Source of the DNA: Candidatus Pelagibacter sp. HTCC7211
Lineage (GTDB): Bacteria; Pseudomonadota; Alphaproteobacteria; Pelagibacterales; Pelagibacteraceae
NCBI RefSeq assembly: GCF_000155895.1
Contig: NZ_DS995298.1
Span: 210,001 to 242,000 of the forward strand
Length of the DNA stretch: 32,000 nucleotides
Direction of reading: 5' to 3'
Shown here in pieces: positions 8,224 to 18,624 of the stretch (within the stretch, counting starts at the first letter, position 1; each line of letters opens with the position of its first letter). The notes beneath the pieces are model-generated. The model saw nothing but the letters and a program-made list of their open reading frames with translations, had not been told where the DNA came from and ran no database searches. A program made the position numbers and the translations under genes.

Positions 8224-8427
8224 TATTACTCCTTTTGTTTTTGTTGTAATTACAAACAGTGTGTTTTTAACAAAATGTTAGTTTTTTAGTTAAATTAATG
8301 CTTTTTATTGAATATTAGTTAGATAGTGTTGCATAATTACAACACTAATATAGTGATATCTTTAAAATATCAATTATGTAATTTAGAAAAAAACCTGTAA
8401 ACCTTTTTAAAATTATATCAAATTATT

Positions 8428-8970
8428 ATGCGATTCATAAAAATATTATTGCTGTTGCAACTTTTTATTTCATTAAATTCATGTGGGCCATTAGCTTATA
8501 AAAAAGTTGATTCTAAACAAATATCCACTGATCCAGATGAAAGAGTAAGAAAAAATATCGAGGAGGGTAAATCATTTAGACTTTTTGATACCGAAAAAGG
8601 ATTTGGCGTAGGAGGAACTACTAATTATGAGTTTGCTAGTTCCAACGAACTTTGGCGTGCAACTTTAGATACAATTGATTTTATGCCATTAACAACCGCT
8701 AACTATAGTGGAGGTATAATTGTAACAGACTGGTATTCTGATAATCAAAATTTAAATGAAAATATAAAAATCACAGTTAGATTTTTAACTAATGAAATTA
8801 GATCTGATGCTTTGGATTTAAAAATATTCTATAGAAATTGCGACTCTTCAAATAAATGTAAAATTATAGAAAAAGAAGGTAATTTATCTAAAGAGTTGAA
8901 AAAAGAAATTTTAAAAAAAGCAACCATCTATAAACAACAAGCTAAAGCTAAAAAAGACAAAAAAGATTAA
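8428..8970 (+). CDS. Lipoprotein (DUF3576-like), conserved upstream of leuS
   Basis: Signal peptide with the lipobox LNS|C ([19 protein letters not shown]). The family assignment comes from remembered similarity and from position upstream of leuS in alphaproteobacteria, and is tentative. Confidence 0.6.
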   Translation: MRFIKILLLLQLFISLNSCGPLAYKKVDSKQISTDPDERVRKNIEEGKSFRLFDTEKGFGVGGTTNYEFASSNELWRATLDTIDFMPLTTANYSGGIIVTDWYSDNQNLNENIKITVRFLTNEIRSDALDLKIFYRNCDSSNKCKIIEKEGNLSKELKKEILKKATIYKQQAKAKKDKKD

Positions 8971-8993
8971 CCTATAAATTATTTTTAAAATTT

Positions 8994-11531
8994 GTGGAAA
9001 GATATAATTTTAAAACTGTTGAAGAAAACTGGCAAAAATATTGGGAAAAAAATAAAACCTTTTCTACAAAACTAGATAAAAGCAAAAAAAAATTTTATTG
9101 TTTAGAAATGTTTCCATATCCATCCGGAAAAATTCATATGGGACACGTAAGAAATTATACTATAGGTGATGTTCTAGCTAGATACAAATCTCTTCAAGGG
9201 TATAATGTTTTACACCCCATGGGCTGGGACTCATTTGGTATGCCTGCAGAAAATGCTGCTAGACAAAATAATTTAAGTCCTAAGGATTGGACTGAGTCAA
9301 ATATTTCAAACATGAAATCTCAACTTAAAAGGCTCGGTCTTTCAATAGACTGGGATCGAGAAATATCAACCTGTTCAGTAGATTACTATAAACATCAACA
9401 AGAATTTTTTTTAGAGTTATATGATAAGGGTCTTGTATATAGAAAAGAACAAGATGTAAATTGGGATCCAGTAGATCAAACTGTTCTTGCCAATGAGCAA
9501 GTAATTGACGGCAAAGGTTGGCGATCAGGTGCTCAAGTTGAAAGAAAAAAGTTAAATCAATGGTTTTTTAATATAACTAAATTTTCAAATGAATTACTTG
9601 AAAGTTTAGATACTCTCGATCAATGGCCTAATAAAGTTAAGATAATGCAAAAGAATTGGATTGGAAAATCTTTTGGTTGTGAAGTAAAATTTCCAATATC
9701 TTCATCAAAAGATGTTAGAGAAATTAAATGTTTTACAACTAGACCAGATACATTGTTTGGCCTATCTTTTTTAGCATTATCAGTTGACCATCCATTATCT
9801 AAATTTTATGAACACGATAAAGAGTTTATAAAATTTAAGGAGAAATGTTCTGAAACTGGTACAACTGAAGAGTCAATTGCAAATGCAGAAAAAATAGGGT
9901 TCAAGACTGACCTTACTGCAATTAATCCTTTAGATGAAAGTATAAAAGTTCCAGTATACTTTGCCAATTTTGTCTTAATGGATTATGGACTAGGTGCCGT
10001 CTTTGGCTGTCCTGCACATGATCAAAGAGATCTAGATTTTGCAAATAAATATAAACTTAATGTTAAAACTGTAGTTACTCCAAAAAAAGATGATTTAAAA
10101 TTTAAAGTTGCTAATGAAGCTTATACTGGTCCTGGATATATATTTAATTCTAGTTTCTTGGATGGTCTTAAATGTCCAGAGGACTCTATTATTAAAACCA
10201 TCGAACATCTTGAAAAAAATGGACTTGGTGAAAAAAAAATTAATTTTAGATTAAAAGATTGGGGTATTTCAAGACAGAGATATTGGGGTTGTCCTATTCC
10301 TATAATATACGATGAAAATAAAAATCCACATAAACTCCCTAAAGAAATGTTGCCTGCTGAGCTTCCTCAAATAGATAAGTTGCAAGCAACTGGTAATCCT
10401 CTTGATAATGAAAATGAATGGAAAAATTTAAAAATTAATGGAAAAAAATATACCAGAGAAACAGACACACTTGATACTTTTGTAGACTCTTCTTGGTATT
10501 TTTTAAGATTTTGTTCTCCAAAAAACAGTCAGTATGGATTTTCTTATGAAGATATCAACTATTGGATGCCAGTTGATCAATATATTGGAGGTGTTGAACA
10601 TGCTATTTTGCATTTATTATATTCAAGATTTTTCATGCAAGCTATTACACACAAGAATGATAAGTTCAATATTACAGAACCATTTAAAGGACTATTTACT
10701 CAAGGAATGGTTTGTCATGAAACATACAAAGACTCAGAAAACAATTGGGTAAGTCCAGATGAGATAATTTCAAAAGATGGAAAAAAATATCTTAAAAATA
10801 ATCCATCGCAAGAGGTGAAGGTTGGACCATCAGAGTCAATGTCAAAATCAAAAAAAAATACTATAGATCCAGAAAATATAATTAACAATTATGGAGCAGA
10901 TTCTGTCAGATTATTTATTTTATCAGATAGTCCACCAGAAAAAGATGTTCAGTGGTCAGAGGAAGGTATTGCTGCATCACATAAGTTTATTCAAAAATTA
11001 TGGACTTTGCATAGAAAAATTATTGAAGAAATTAGTAAAGATTATTCAGAAGATGCAAGTGATGAATTGATAAAATTCACCAACAAATTTATTAAAAAAA
11101 TTAGCAATAATTTAGAGAACTTTAGCTACAATATAATTGTAGCAAATCTTCACGAAATGTATTCCTTTTTAATAAATGAAATTGGTAAGGGTTACAAAAA
11201 GTCAACAATTCTTGATAATTATAAAAAAATTCTAATAACAATGAACCCAATAATACCTCATCTTTCTAATGAGTGTCTAAAAATCATTGAAAATACTGAT
11301 AAAGTTGAATGGCCAAGTTATGATGAAAAACAAATTAAGGAAGATTCCAGTATCATTGTTATTCAAATAAATGGAAAAAAAAGAGGATTAATATCAACGG
11401 ACTCTGGATCATCTGAAACTGAAATAATGAAACTAGTTTATGAAGATCAAAAAATAGCTAAGTACCTTGTAAATAATAAAATAAAAAAACAGATTTATAT
11501 TGAAAATAAACTTATAAATATAATTATATAA
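8994..11531 (+). CDS. leuS: Leucine--tRNA ligase
   Basis: 845 aa with the class I HIGH motif ([15 protein letters not shown]), a KMSKS motif (SMSKSKKN), the editing domain, and typical LeuS blocks ([22 protein letters not shown]). GTG start at 8994. Confidence 0.97.
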   Translation: MERYNFKTVEENWQKYWEKNKTFSTKLDKSKKKFYCLEMFPYPSGKIHMGHVRNYTIGDVLARYKSLQGYNVLHPMGWDSFGMPAENAARQNNLSPKDWTESNISNMKSQLKRLGLSIDWDREISTCSVDYYKHQQEFFLELYDKGLVYRKEQDVNWDPVDQTVLANEQVIDGKGWRSGAQVERKKLNQWFFNITKFSNELLESLDTLDQWPNKVKIMQKNWIGKSFGCEVKFPISSSKDVREIKCFTTRPDTLFGLSFLALSVDHPLSKFYEHDKEFIKFKEKCSETGTTEESIANAEKIGFKTDLTAINPLDESIKVPVYFANFVLMDYGLGAVFGCPAHDQRDLDFANKYKLNVKTVVTPKKDDLKFKVANEAYTGPGYIFNSSFLDGLKCPEDSIIKTIEHLEKNGLGEKKINFRLKDWGISRQRYWGCPIPIIYDENKNPHKLPKEMLPAELPQIDKLQATGNPLDNENEWKNLKINGKKYTRETDTLDTFVDSSWYFLRFCSPKNSQYGFSYEDINYWMPVDQYIGGVEHAILHLLYSRFFMQAITHKNDKFNITEPFKGLFTQGMVCHETYKDSENNWVSPDEIISKDGKKYLKNNPSQEVKVGPSESMSKSKKNTIDPENIINNYGADSVRLFILSDSPPEKDVQWSEEGIAASHKFIQKLWTLHRKIIEEISKDYSEDASDELIKFTNKFIKKISNNLENFSYNIIVANLHEMYSFLINEIGKGYKKSTILDNYKKILITMNPIIPHLSNECLKIIENTDKVEWPSYDEKQIKEDSSIIVIQINGKKRGLISTDSGSSETEIMKLVYEDQKIAKYLVNNKIKKQIYIENKLINIII

Positions 11532-11538
11532 ATTGATT

Positions 11539-11997
11539 ATGAAAAATATAACATTAATTTTTTTATTATTATTTTTAACTGCCTGTGGTTATTCATCTAT
11601 TTACAAAAATCAAAAATCTATTGATTTTAAAATTAATTTCCAATCAGAAGAAGGTAATGACGAAATGAATAATCTTATTAAAAATGAAATTAGACTATAT
11701 TCAAATAAAGATTCAAAAAATATTTATAATTTGAAGATAAACACTGCATATGAAAAAAAAATTCTTACAAAGAATTCGACTGGAGTCATTACAGATTATA
11801 ATCTTTCTGCTATCTCAGAATTTTCAATAGATATAAAAGATCAAACTAAAATATTCAAATTTGAAGAAAGTATTAATATTAAAAATCAATCAGATACTTT
11901 TGAACAAAATACATATGAAAAAAATATTAAAAGAAATTTTGCATCTTCTATTAGGGAAAAACTAATTTCTGCTATCTTGAGTTTAAATGATAATTAA
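11539..11997 (+). CDS. lptE: LPS-assembly lipoprotein LptE (RlpB-like)
   Basis: Signal peptide plus lipobox LTA|CGY, about 150 aa, in the conserved leuS-lptE-holA position. The track start, TTG 11533, is two codons upstream of ATG 11539. Confidence 0.6.
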   Translation: MKNITLIFLLLFLTACGYSSIYKNQKSIDFKINFQSEEGNDEMNNLIKNEIRLYSNKDSKNIYNLKINTAYEKKILTKNSTGVITDYNLSAISEFSIDIKDQTKIFKFEESINIKNQSDTFEQNTYEKNIKRNFASSIREKLISAILSLNDN

Positions 11998-12979
11998 ATC
12001 TTATGAGTTAAATAAAATAAATTTTGATCAAAATAAATTGATTTTATTTTACGGTAAAAATGAGGGTTTAAAAAATGACTCAACTAATAATTTACTAAAA
12101 AATAAAGAAAATATTTCAAAATATGAAGAAAAAGAAATTTTAGAGAATACAAATATTTTTTTAGAAAATGTATTTTGTAAATCTCTTTTTGAAAATGAAA
12201 AAATAATAATAATTAAAAGAGTTACAGACAAAATATTAAAAATTATTGAAGAAATTGAAGAAAAAAAAATTGAAGATCTCAAAATTATTATTAATGCTGA
12301 TATTCTAGAAAAAAAATCAAAATTAAGATCGTTTTTTGAAAAAAGTAGAGAACATGTTTGTGTTGCTTTTTATCCAGATACAAATCAAGTACTTTCAAAG
12401 TTAACTTATAATTTTTTTAATCAAAAGAAAATTTCTATATCACCTGCAAATATTAACTTGATAGTTAATAAGTGTAATGGAGATAGAGAAACCTTATTTA
12501 ACGAACTAGATAAAATAGAATATTTCAGCAAAAGTGGAAAAAAAATTACAGAGGAAAGTATAATAAAATTAACTAATTTAATTGAAAATCACAGTATATC
12601 AGACCTTATTGATAATTGTTTGGCAAAAAATAAAAAGAAAATTATTAACATCTTAAATGAAAATAATTTTGGAAATGAAGACTGCATTATAATCACAAGG
12701 ACTTTTTTATTAAAATCAAAGAAAATACTTAAACTTTGTAGTGAATTTAAATCAAATAAAAATATAGATTTAACAATATCATCCGCAAAACCTCCAATTT
12801 TTTGGAAGGATAAAGAAATAACAAAACAACAAATTTACAAATGGACACCTGAGAATATTAAAAAATTAATATATAAATTAAATGAAATAGAGCTGTTAAT
12901 TAAAAAAAATATAAATAATTCGATTAATTTAATTACAGATTTTATTTTAGATCAATCTTCTTCAAATACTAATAGTTAG
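11987..12979 (+). CDS. holA: DNA polymerase III delta subunit
   Basis: 330 aa in the conserved position after leuS-lptE. The N-terminus is typical of HolA (LILFYGKNEGLKND). Sequence similarity is weak, so the call rests mostly on synteny and size. Confidence 0.7.
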   Translation: MIIKSYELNKINFDQNKLILFYGKNEGLKNDSTNNLLKNKENISKYEEKEILENTNIFLENVFCKSLFENEKIIIIKRVTDKILKIIEEIEEKKIEDLKIIINADILEKKSKLRSFFEKSREHVCVAFYPDTNQVLSKLTYNFFNQKKISISPANINLIVNKCNGDRETLFNELDKIEYFSKSGKKITEESIIKLTNLIENHSISDLIDNCLAKNKKKIINILNENNFGNEDCIIITRTFLLKSKKILKLCSEFKSNKNIDLTISSAKPPIFWKDKEITKQQIYKWTPENIKKLIYKLNEIELLIKKNINNSINLITDFILDQSSSNTNS

Positions 12980-13811
12980 ACTTAATAATATCTATTATTT
13001 TATTCAATTGATCCAGGTCTTTATATTCAAAAGAAATTTTTCCTTTATTTCTATTGTTATTTTTAATTTCTACATTTAATCCAATTTTATTTAATACTGA
13101 AAGTTCGAGAGCAATAATATTTGCATCTTTTGTGATCTTTGATTTTTGTCTTTTCTTTTTAAATAATTGAACAAAATTTTCTGCCTGTCTTACTGAAAGT
13201 TTATTTTCTATAATTTTATTAGCAACAAAACTTGCATTATCTAGGCCTACTAAAATCTTAGCATGTCCTGTCGACAATTTATTTGTTTCTATTAATTTTA
13301 TAACTTCGTTTGGTAGAGTTAAAATTCTTAATGAATTAGTTATATAACTTCTGCTTTTACCTATAAATTTTGATACTTTTTCTTGATCATAAGAAAATTC
13401 ATCAATCAACCTTTTATAACCTTGTGCTTCTTCCAACGGATTTAAATCATGTCTTTGAACATTTTCAACTATTGCAAATTCTAAAGATTTTAAATCATCT
13501 GCCTCCGTGATCACTACAGGAACTTTATAAATCCCTGCCTTCTGCGCTGCCAGCCACCTTCTCTCACCTGCAATAATTTCAAATTTTGAGTTTTTATTAT
13601 TTGATTTTCTAACTATGATCGGCTGTATCATTCCTCTTTCTTTTATAGAATTAGTTAAATCCTCAAGGTTTGCCTCATCAAAATTCTTTCTTGGTTGATA
13701 CTTGTTTGGAACCAAGTCACTTACTGGTAGTAAATTTTTTTGAACTTCTACTCTGGTTTCACCAATTAGTGATGATAAACCTCTTCCAAGACCTTTTTTA
13801 ATTTTATCCAT
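12969..13811 (-). CDS. parB: Chromosome partitioning protein ParB (Spo0J)
   Basis: ParB boxes: GLGRGLSSLI, QPRKNFDEANLEDLTNSIKERGMIQPIIVR, IIAGERRWLAAQKAG, and an HTH (KVSKFIGKSRSYITNSLRIL). Confidence 0.95.
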   Translation of the reverse strand: MDKIKKGLGRGLSSLIGETRVEVQKNLLPVSDLVPNKYQPRKNFDEANLEDLTNSIKERGMIQPIIVRKSNNKNSKFEIIAGERRWLAAQKAGIYKVPVVITEADDLKSLEFAIVENVQRHDLNPLEEAQGYKRLIDEFSYDQEKVSKFIGKSRSYITNSLRILTLPNEVIKLIETNKLSTGHAKILVGLDNASFVANKIIENKLSVRQAENFVQLFKKKRQKSKITKDANIIALELSVLNKIGLNVEIKNNNRNKGKISFEYKDLDQLNKIIDIIKSNY

Positions 13812-14605
13812 TAAGCAGCGCTCCCGATTGTCGACTCTTGATTTATAAATTCATCCGTAAAATTAAAATAAGACTTACTACCAGGACAAGATTTGTCATA
13901 AATTAAAACTGGCACTCCATGAGAGGGTGCCTCTGATAATCTTACATTTCTCGGAATTACTGTTGAGTAAACTTTTTCATTGAAATAGTCTCTAGCTTCC
14001 TTTTCAACTTGCGAAGAAAGCTTATTTCTTTTGTCATACATAGTTAAAAGGATCCCTCTAATTTTTAAATCTGGATTTAAGCTTACTTTTATCCTCTCAA
14101 TAGTTTTCATGAGTTGGGTTAGACCCTCAAGAGCAAAGAATTCTGTCTGTAAAGGTACCAGAAGTGAGTTTGAGCAGACAAGTGCCATAACTGTAAGAAG
14201 GCTCAAGGAAGGAGGACAATCAATTAGAACATAGTCGTATAATCCTCTAGAATTGTTTAAATAAGAGGTTAATTTAGCCTTTAATATGAAAGCTCTATTA
14301 CTATCGTCAGCTGTTTCGACCTCAAGTCCTGATAGATCTACATTAGAGGTGATAATATCTAAATTTTCAAACTGTGTCCTTTTGATTATCTCATTAATCT
14401 GTCTAGTTCCATTCAGTACACCATAAATTGTATCACTTGAGTTGTCCACGTTTGATAATCCAAGCCCTGTAGTGGCATTTCCTTGAGGATCTAAATCAAT
14501 AATTAAAATTTTTTTATTTAGTTGAGTTAAACCAGCAGCTAAATTTATAACGGTTGTTGTTTTTCCTACCCCACCCTTTTGATTTATTACTGAAATAATT
14601 TGCAT
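13811..14605 (-). CDS. parA: Chromosome partitioning ATPase ParA (Soj)
   Basis: Deviant Walker A NQKGGVGKTTT, IDLDPQGNAT, IDCPPSL. The stop overlaps the parB start as TAATG. Confidence 0.95.
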   Translation of the reverse strand: MQIISVINQKGGVGKTTTVINLAAGLTQLNKKILIIDLDPQGNATTGLGLSNVDNSSDTIYGVLNGTRQINEIIKRTQFENLDIITSNVDLSGLEVETADDSNRAFILKAKLTSYLNNSRGLYDYVLIDCPPSLSLLTVMALVCSNSLLVPLQTEFFALEGLTQLMKTIERIKVSLNPDLKIRGILLTMYDKRNKLSSQVEKEARDYFNEKVYSTVIPRNVRLSEAPSHGVPVLIYDKSCPGSKSYFNFTDEFINQESTIGSAA

Positions 14606-15271
14606 TTAGTTTTTCTTATATCTTTTTTTATTTTTCTTACTAATTTTTTTTATGTTTAATAAAAATGAGTCTTCACTCGTTACACTTTTTCTTTCTTTGT
14701 ACTCTAAGTTCCAATCATCTTTAGATTTTTCAAATATTTTTTTTCCGCTCTTGCCCATAAAAAAAATTAAATTTTTATATTTAGAAAAATTTTCATAAAC
14801 TAAATCTAGAACCACAGGCATTGGCTTAAAAGCTCTCGACATAATCGTACCTGTTTCTAAATTTTTTATTTCAAAAATATTTTTTTGAAAAACTTTTGTA
14901 TTTAAATTTAGTTTTTTTGAAACTTCCTCTAAAAAATGGCTTTTATGGTAGCTTTTTTCGTAAAGATGCACATCCATTTTATTTTTCATGTTTTTGAGTA
15001 AAATTGCTACTACAATTCCGGGTAAGCCACCCCCAGATCCTAAATCTGTAGTTCTATTGCAATTAAAATCAACAAAATCAATTATTTGCGCTGAATCAAT
15101 AATATGACGCTCAATTATAGTTTTTTTTGATGATGTATTTTGGCTAATTATGTTAATTTTTTTATTTTTTTCAATAATCATAGATATATAGTTTTCAAAG
15201 TCTAAAAATGTTTCACGTGAAACATTTAGGTCATTTAATTTTGAATATGATTTTAAAATTTCTTGATCCAT
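14606..15271 (-). CDS. rsmG: 16S rRNA (guanine527-N7)-methyltransferase RsmG (GidB)
   Basis: N-terminal VSRET motif, SAM-binding DLGSGGGLPGIV, and the position between mnmG and parA. It has a Lys-rich C-terminal tail. Confidence 0.92.
   Translation of the reverse strand: MDQEILKSYSKLNDLNVSRETFLDFENYISMIIEKNKKINIISQNTSSKKTIIERHIIDSAQIIDFVDFNCNRTTDLGSGGGLPGIVVAILLKNMKNKMDVHLYEKSYHKSHFLEEVSKKLNLNTKVFQKNIFEIKNLETGTIMSRAFKPMPVVLDLVYENFSKYKNLIFFMGKSGKKIFEKSKDDWNLEYKERKSVTSEDSFLLNIKKISKKNKKRYKKN
15209..15224. promoter_or_regulatory. parS: parS centromere-like site (ParB binding), perfect consensus palindrome
   Basis: TGTTTCACGTGAAACA read directly at 15209-15224. It is a perfect 16-bp palindrome identical to the canonical parS consensus and encodes (N)VSRET of RsmG. 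It lies about 600 bp upstream of the parA start. Confidence 0.85.
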
Positions 15272-17142
15272 TAAGCTATATGCTTAATAGACTTTCTTTT
15301 AACGTGTGACAACAAAATATATACGGCAGCTGGAGTAATTCCATCAATTCTTAGTGCTTGACCCATTGTTTTTGGTCTTATTTCCTTAAATTTAGCTTTT
15401 ACCTCATTTGAAAGACCTGAAAGTCCGTCATAATTTATTTTATCAGGAATTATAAGGTTTTCATCTCTTTTAAATGCTAAAATATCAGCTTTTTGCTTCT
15501 TCAAATAACCCCTATAATGAGCATTAATTTCAACCTGTTCATCAATTTCTTTGCTAAAATAAGGTATATCAGGCCATATTTCTCTAATTTTATTCATATC
15601 AACCCCTTTTTGGGTTAATATTTCATTAGAAGATCTTAAAATACCGTCTTTTGCTATTTTTATACCAAATTGATCTGCTTTATTAGGTGAGATAGTTGAT
15701 TGACCCATTTTTACATTAATTTGGTTAATTTTGTCGAATTTATCTAGATAAAGTGTCTTTCTTACATCGCCAATTAATCCAATTTCCATTCCTTTTGCAG
15801 TTAATCTTTGATCTGCATTGTCAGATCTCAGACTTAATCTATATTCGGCTCTTGATGTAAACATTCTGTATGGTTCAGCCACTCCTTTAGTCACTAAATC
15901 ATCAATCATTACCCCTATGTAAGCATCAGATCTATCTAATATAAAGGGTTCTAATTTTTTATGAGATAGAGCAGCATTTATCCCTGCTATAAGGCCCTGA
16001 GCTGCTGCTTCTTCATAACCTGTTGTTCCATTAATCTGACCTGCAAGGTAAAGGTTGCTAATTTTCTTGGCCTCAAGCGTTAAAAACAGTTCTCGCGGAT
16101 CTATATAGTCATATTCTATGGCATATCCTGGTCTTATAATAGATACATTTTCTAAACCATTGATATTATTACATATTTCTTGTTGAACATCAGCTGGAAG
16201 TGATGTAGAGATGCCATTTGGGTAAATTGTATGGTCATTTAGCCCTTCAGGCTCTAAAAATATCTGATGTCGACCCTTATCAGCAAATTTTACTATCTTG
16301 TCTTCTATAGATGGGCAGTATCTGGGTCCTACACCTTGAATGCTACCAGAGTACATTGCACTCTTAGATAAATTTTTTTCAATAATTTTATGAACCTTAT
16401 CGTTAGTATAAGTCATACGACATGAAACTTGTTTATTGATATTTTTTTTTGTTAGGAAAGAGAAAAAATAAGGATTATCATCCGCAAACTGTTCTTCTAA
16501 ATTTTCATAATTAATTGTTCTTGAGTCAAGTCGGGGAGGGGTACCTGTTTTTAGTCTACCTATTTTAAAATTGTATTTTTCTAATTGTTCACTTAATCCT
16601 GTTGAGGGTTTTTCATCATACCTTCCAGCTGGTGTTCTTTCATCACCTATATGTATCAAACCATTTAAAAAAGTGCCCGTTGTTAGTATTAACTTAGAAC
16701 ATAAAACTTTCTTACCCTTTTTAGTCATAAAGCCAGTTATTGTATTTTTATCAAAAATAAACTTTATTACAGGATCAGAAAAAATGTTTAAATTACAGTA
16801 GTTTGCAAGTTTTTCTTGCATATATTTGCGGTATAATGATCTATCTGATTGAGTTCTTGGTCCTCTTACTGCTGGACCTCTACTTCTATTTAATAATCTA
16901 AATTGTATACCCGATTTATCTGCAACCTCACCCATAACACCATCAAGGGCATCTATCTCTCGTACTAAATGTCCTTTACCCAAACCACCAATTGCTGGGT
17001 TACAAGACATCTCTCCAATAGTTTCTTTCTTATGAGTGAATAGGGCAGTGTTAACTCCTAGTCGTGCAGAAGCTGCAGCTGCCTCACATCCTGCATGGCC
17101 ACCACCTATTATTACAACATCAAATGATAAATCATTTTTCAT
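15271..17142 (-). CDS. mnmG: tRNA uridine 5-carboxymethylaminomethyl modification enzyme MnmG (GidA)
   Basis: 623 aa with the FAD motif [13 protein letters not shown], plus [34 protein letters not shown] and [15 protein letters not shown]. Confidence 0.97.
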   Translation of the reverse strand: MKNDLSFDVVIIGGGHAGCEAAAASARLGVNTALFTHKKETIGEMSCNPAIGGLGKGHLVREIDALDGVMGEVADKSGIQFRLLNRSRGPAVRGPRTQSDRSLYRKYMQEKLANYCNLNIFSDPVIKFIFDKNTITGFMTKKGKKVLCSKLILTTGTFLNGLIHIGDERTPAGRYDEKPSTGLSEQLEKYNFKIGRLKTGTPPRLDSRTINYENLEEQFADDNPYFFSFLTKKNINKQVSCRMTYTNDKVHKIIEKNLSKSAMYSGSIQGVGPRYCPSIEDKIVKFADKGRHQIFLEPEGLNDHTIYPNGISTSLPADVQQEICNNINGLENVSIIRPGYAIEYDYIDPRELFLTLEAKKISNLYLAGQINGTTGYEEAAAQGLIAGINAALSHKKLEPFILDRSDAYIGVMIDDLVTKGVAEPYRMFTSRAEYRLSLRSDNADQRLTAKGMEIGLIGDVRKTLYLDKFDKINQINVKMGQSTISPNKADQFGIKIAKDGILRSSNEILTQKGVDMNKIREIWPDIPYFSKEIDEQVEINAHYRGYLKKQKADILAFKRDENLIIPDKINYDGLSGLSNEVKAKFKEIRPKTMGQALRIDGITPAAVYILLSHVKRKSIKHIA

Positions 17143-17259
17143 AAGCTAAATTTATAACTGATTATGAGATTTACAAGGAGCGTATATTTTTTGTCCAAAT
17201 AAGCTCAAATTTTAAACGTTTTTTAATAAAAGTGAGCTTAAAGTAATTAAAATAGAGTA

Positions 17260-18591
17260 TTATTTACCTATACAGAAATCGTTAAAAATACTACCTAATA
17301 TCTCTTCGACATCTACTTTTCCAACAATCATACCGAGATGCCTAGTGGCCAACCTTAAATCTTCTGCAGCTTTATCAAAGTCCTCAACTTCATTTTTTTT
17401 ATTAAAATTATTTAGATGCTCTAAACACTGTTCAAGATGTTGTCTATGACGTTCTCTGGTAATTAAAATATCATCGCTTGTTATAAATTTATTTTTTAAA
17501 TTTTTTTTTATTTTTGAAATTAATTCATCAATATTTAAATTTTCTTTAATTGAAATTAATATATGATTAAATTTTTTTATTTCAGGATCGATATCTCCCT
17601 TTAAAAGATCTGATTTATTTATTACCAAAATTGAATTTTGGTCTAACAATCCCATCAAAACATCAGTAAAATCAAGGTTTTTAACATCAACAACTACCAA
17701 CTTTAGATCAGCTTCATCAGCTCTATTTAAAGATAATTTGATACCTTTTTTTTCAATTTCGTTTTTAGAATCTCTTATCCCGGCAGTATCAGAAACGATT
17801 ACTGGATAACCATCTATGTTTAGGTGTGTTTCAATTACATCTCTTGTTGTTCCCGCAATCTCTGAAACTATTGCAACATCTCTGTTTGATAGATGATTAA
17901 GGAGACTTGATTTACCTGCATTGGTTGGTCCAAGAATTGCTATCTTAAAACCTTCTCTTATTCTTTCTCCAACTTTTTGATCATCTAAAATTTTCTTAAT
18001 ATTTATTAAAACTTCATCTGAACTTTTTTTAATTTCTTTTAAAATATCATTGGGCAGATCTTCGTCTGGGAAATCTATTTTAGCCTCAACATGTGATAAT
18101 ATTTTCAAAAGCTTTTCTCTTAAAAAATTAAATTGATCAGCAGATTTTCCATTCATAATTTTAATTGCTTGCTTTCTTTGAATTTCAGTTTCAGCTGAAA
18201 TTAAATCAGCTATGCTCTCTGCTTTAAGTAAATTTATTTTTCCATTTTGAAATGCAAGCTTCGTAAACTCACCAGGTTCTGCTAAGCGACAATTTTCAAC
18301 TTTAGAAATAGAGGAATGAATAGCGTCTATTACTGCCTTGCTTCCATGTACCTGTATTTCAGCCATATCTTCACCTGTGTAGCTCTCAGGCGCAGGAAAC
18401 CACAATAATATACCCTCATCAATTAGTTCAGAAGTATTGATTTTATTGATCTTTCTTAATGTTGCTACTCGTGGTTTAGGCAAACTTTTATTGGTTAATA
18501 GTTTTAAAACATTTGAAGTATCTGGTCCTGAAACCCTTATAATCGCAATACCAGAAATACCTGGACCACTTGATAGAGAATAAATTGTCAT
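17260..18591 (-). CDS. mnmE: tRNA modification GTPase MnmE (TrmE/ThdF)
   Basis: G-domain motifs GPTNAGKSSLLN, DTAGIR and NKSDL, with the invariant C-terminal CIGK. Confidence 0.96.
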   Translation of the reverse strand: MTIYSLSSGPGISGIAIIRVSGPDTSNVLKLLTNKSLPKPRVATLRKINKINTSELIDEGILLWFPAPESYTGEDMAEIQVHGSKAVIDAIHSSISKVENCRLAEPGEFTKLAFQNGKINLLKAESIADLISAETEIQRKQAIKIMNGKSADQFNFLREKLLKILSHVEAKIDFPDEDLPNDILKEIKKSSDEVLINIKKILDDQKVGERIREGFKIAILGPTNAGKSSLLNHLSNRDVAIVSEIAGTTRDVIETHLNIDGYPVIVSDTAGIRDSKNEIEKKGIKLSLNRADEADLKLVVVDVKNLDFTDVLMGLLDQNSILVINKSDLLKGDIDPEIKKFNHILISIKENLNIDELISKIKKNLKNKFITSDDILITRERHRQHLEQCLEHLNNFNKKNEVEDFDKAAEDLRLATRHLGMIVGKVDVEEILGSIFNDFCIGK

Positions 18592-18624
18592 TATAATTTA
18601 ATTATAAGTTAACTAAGGCTAAAC

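Noticed and set aside
17200-17240. An inverted repeat, TAAGCTCA ... TGAGCTTA (8-bp arms), in the 117-bp mnmG/mnmE intergenic region. It could be a terminator or an ncRNA.
   Set aside because: The 25-nt loop is too large for an intrinsic terminator, there is no adjacent T-run in the transcribed orientation, and the arms are short. There is no further support for a structured RNA.
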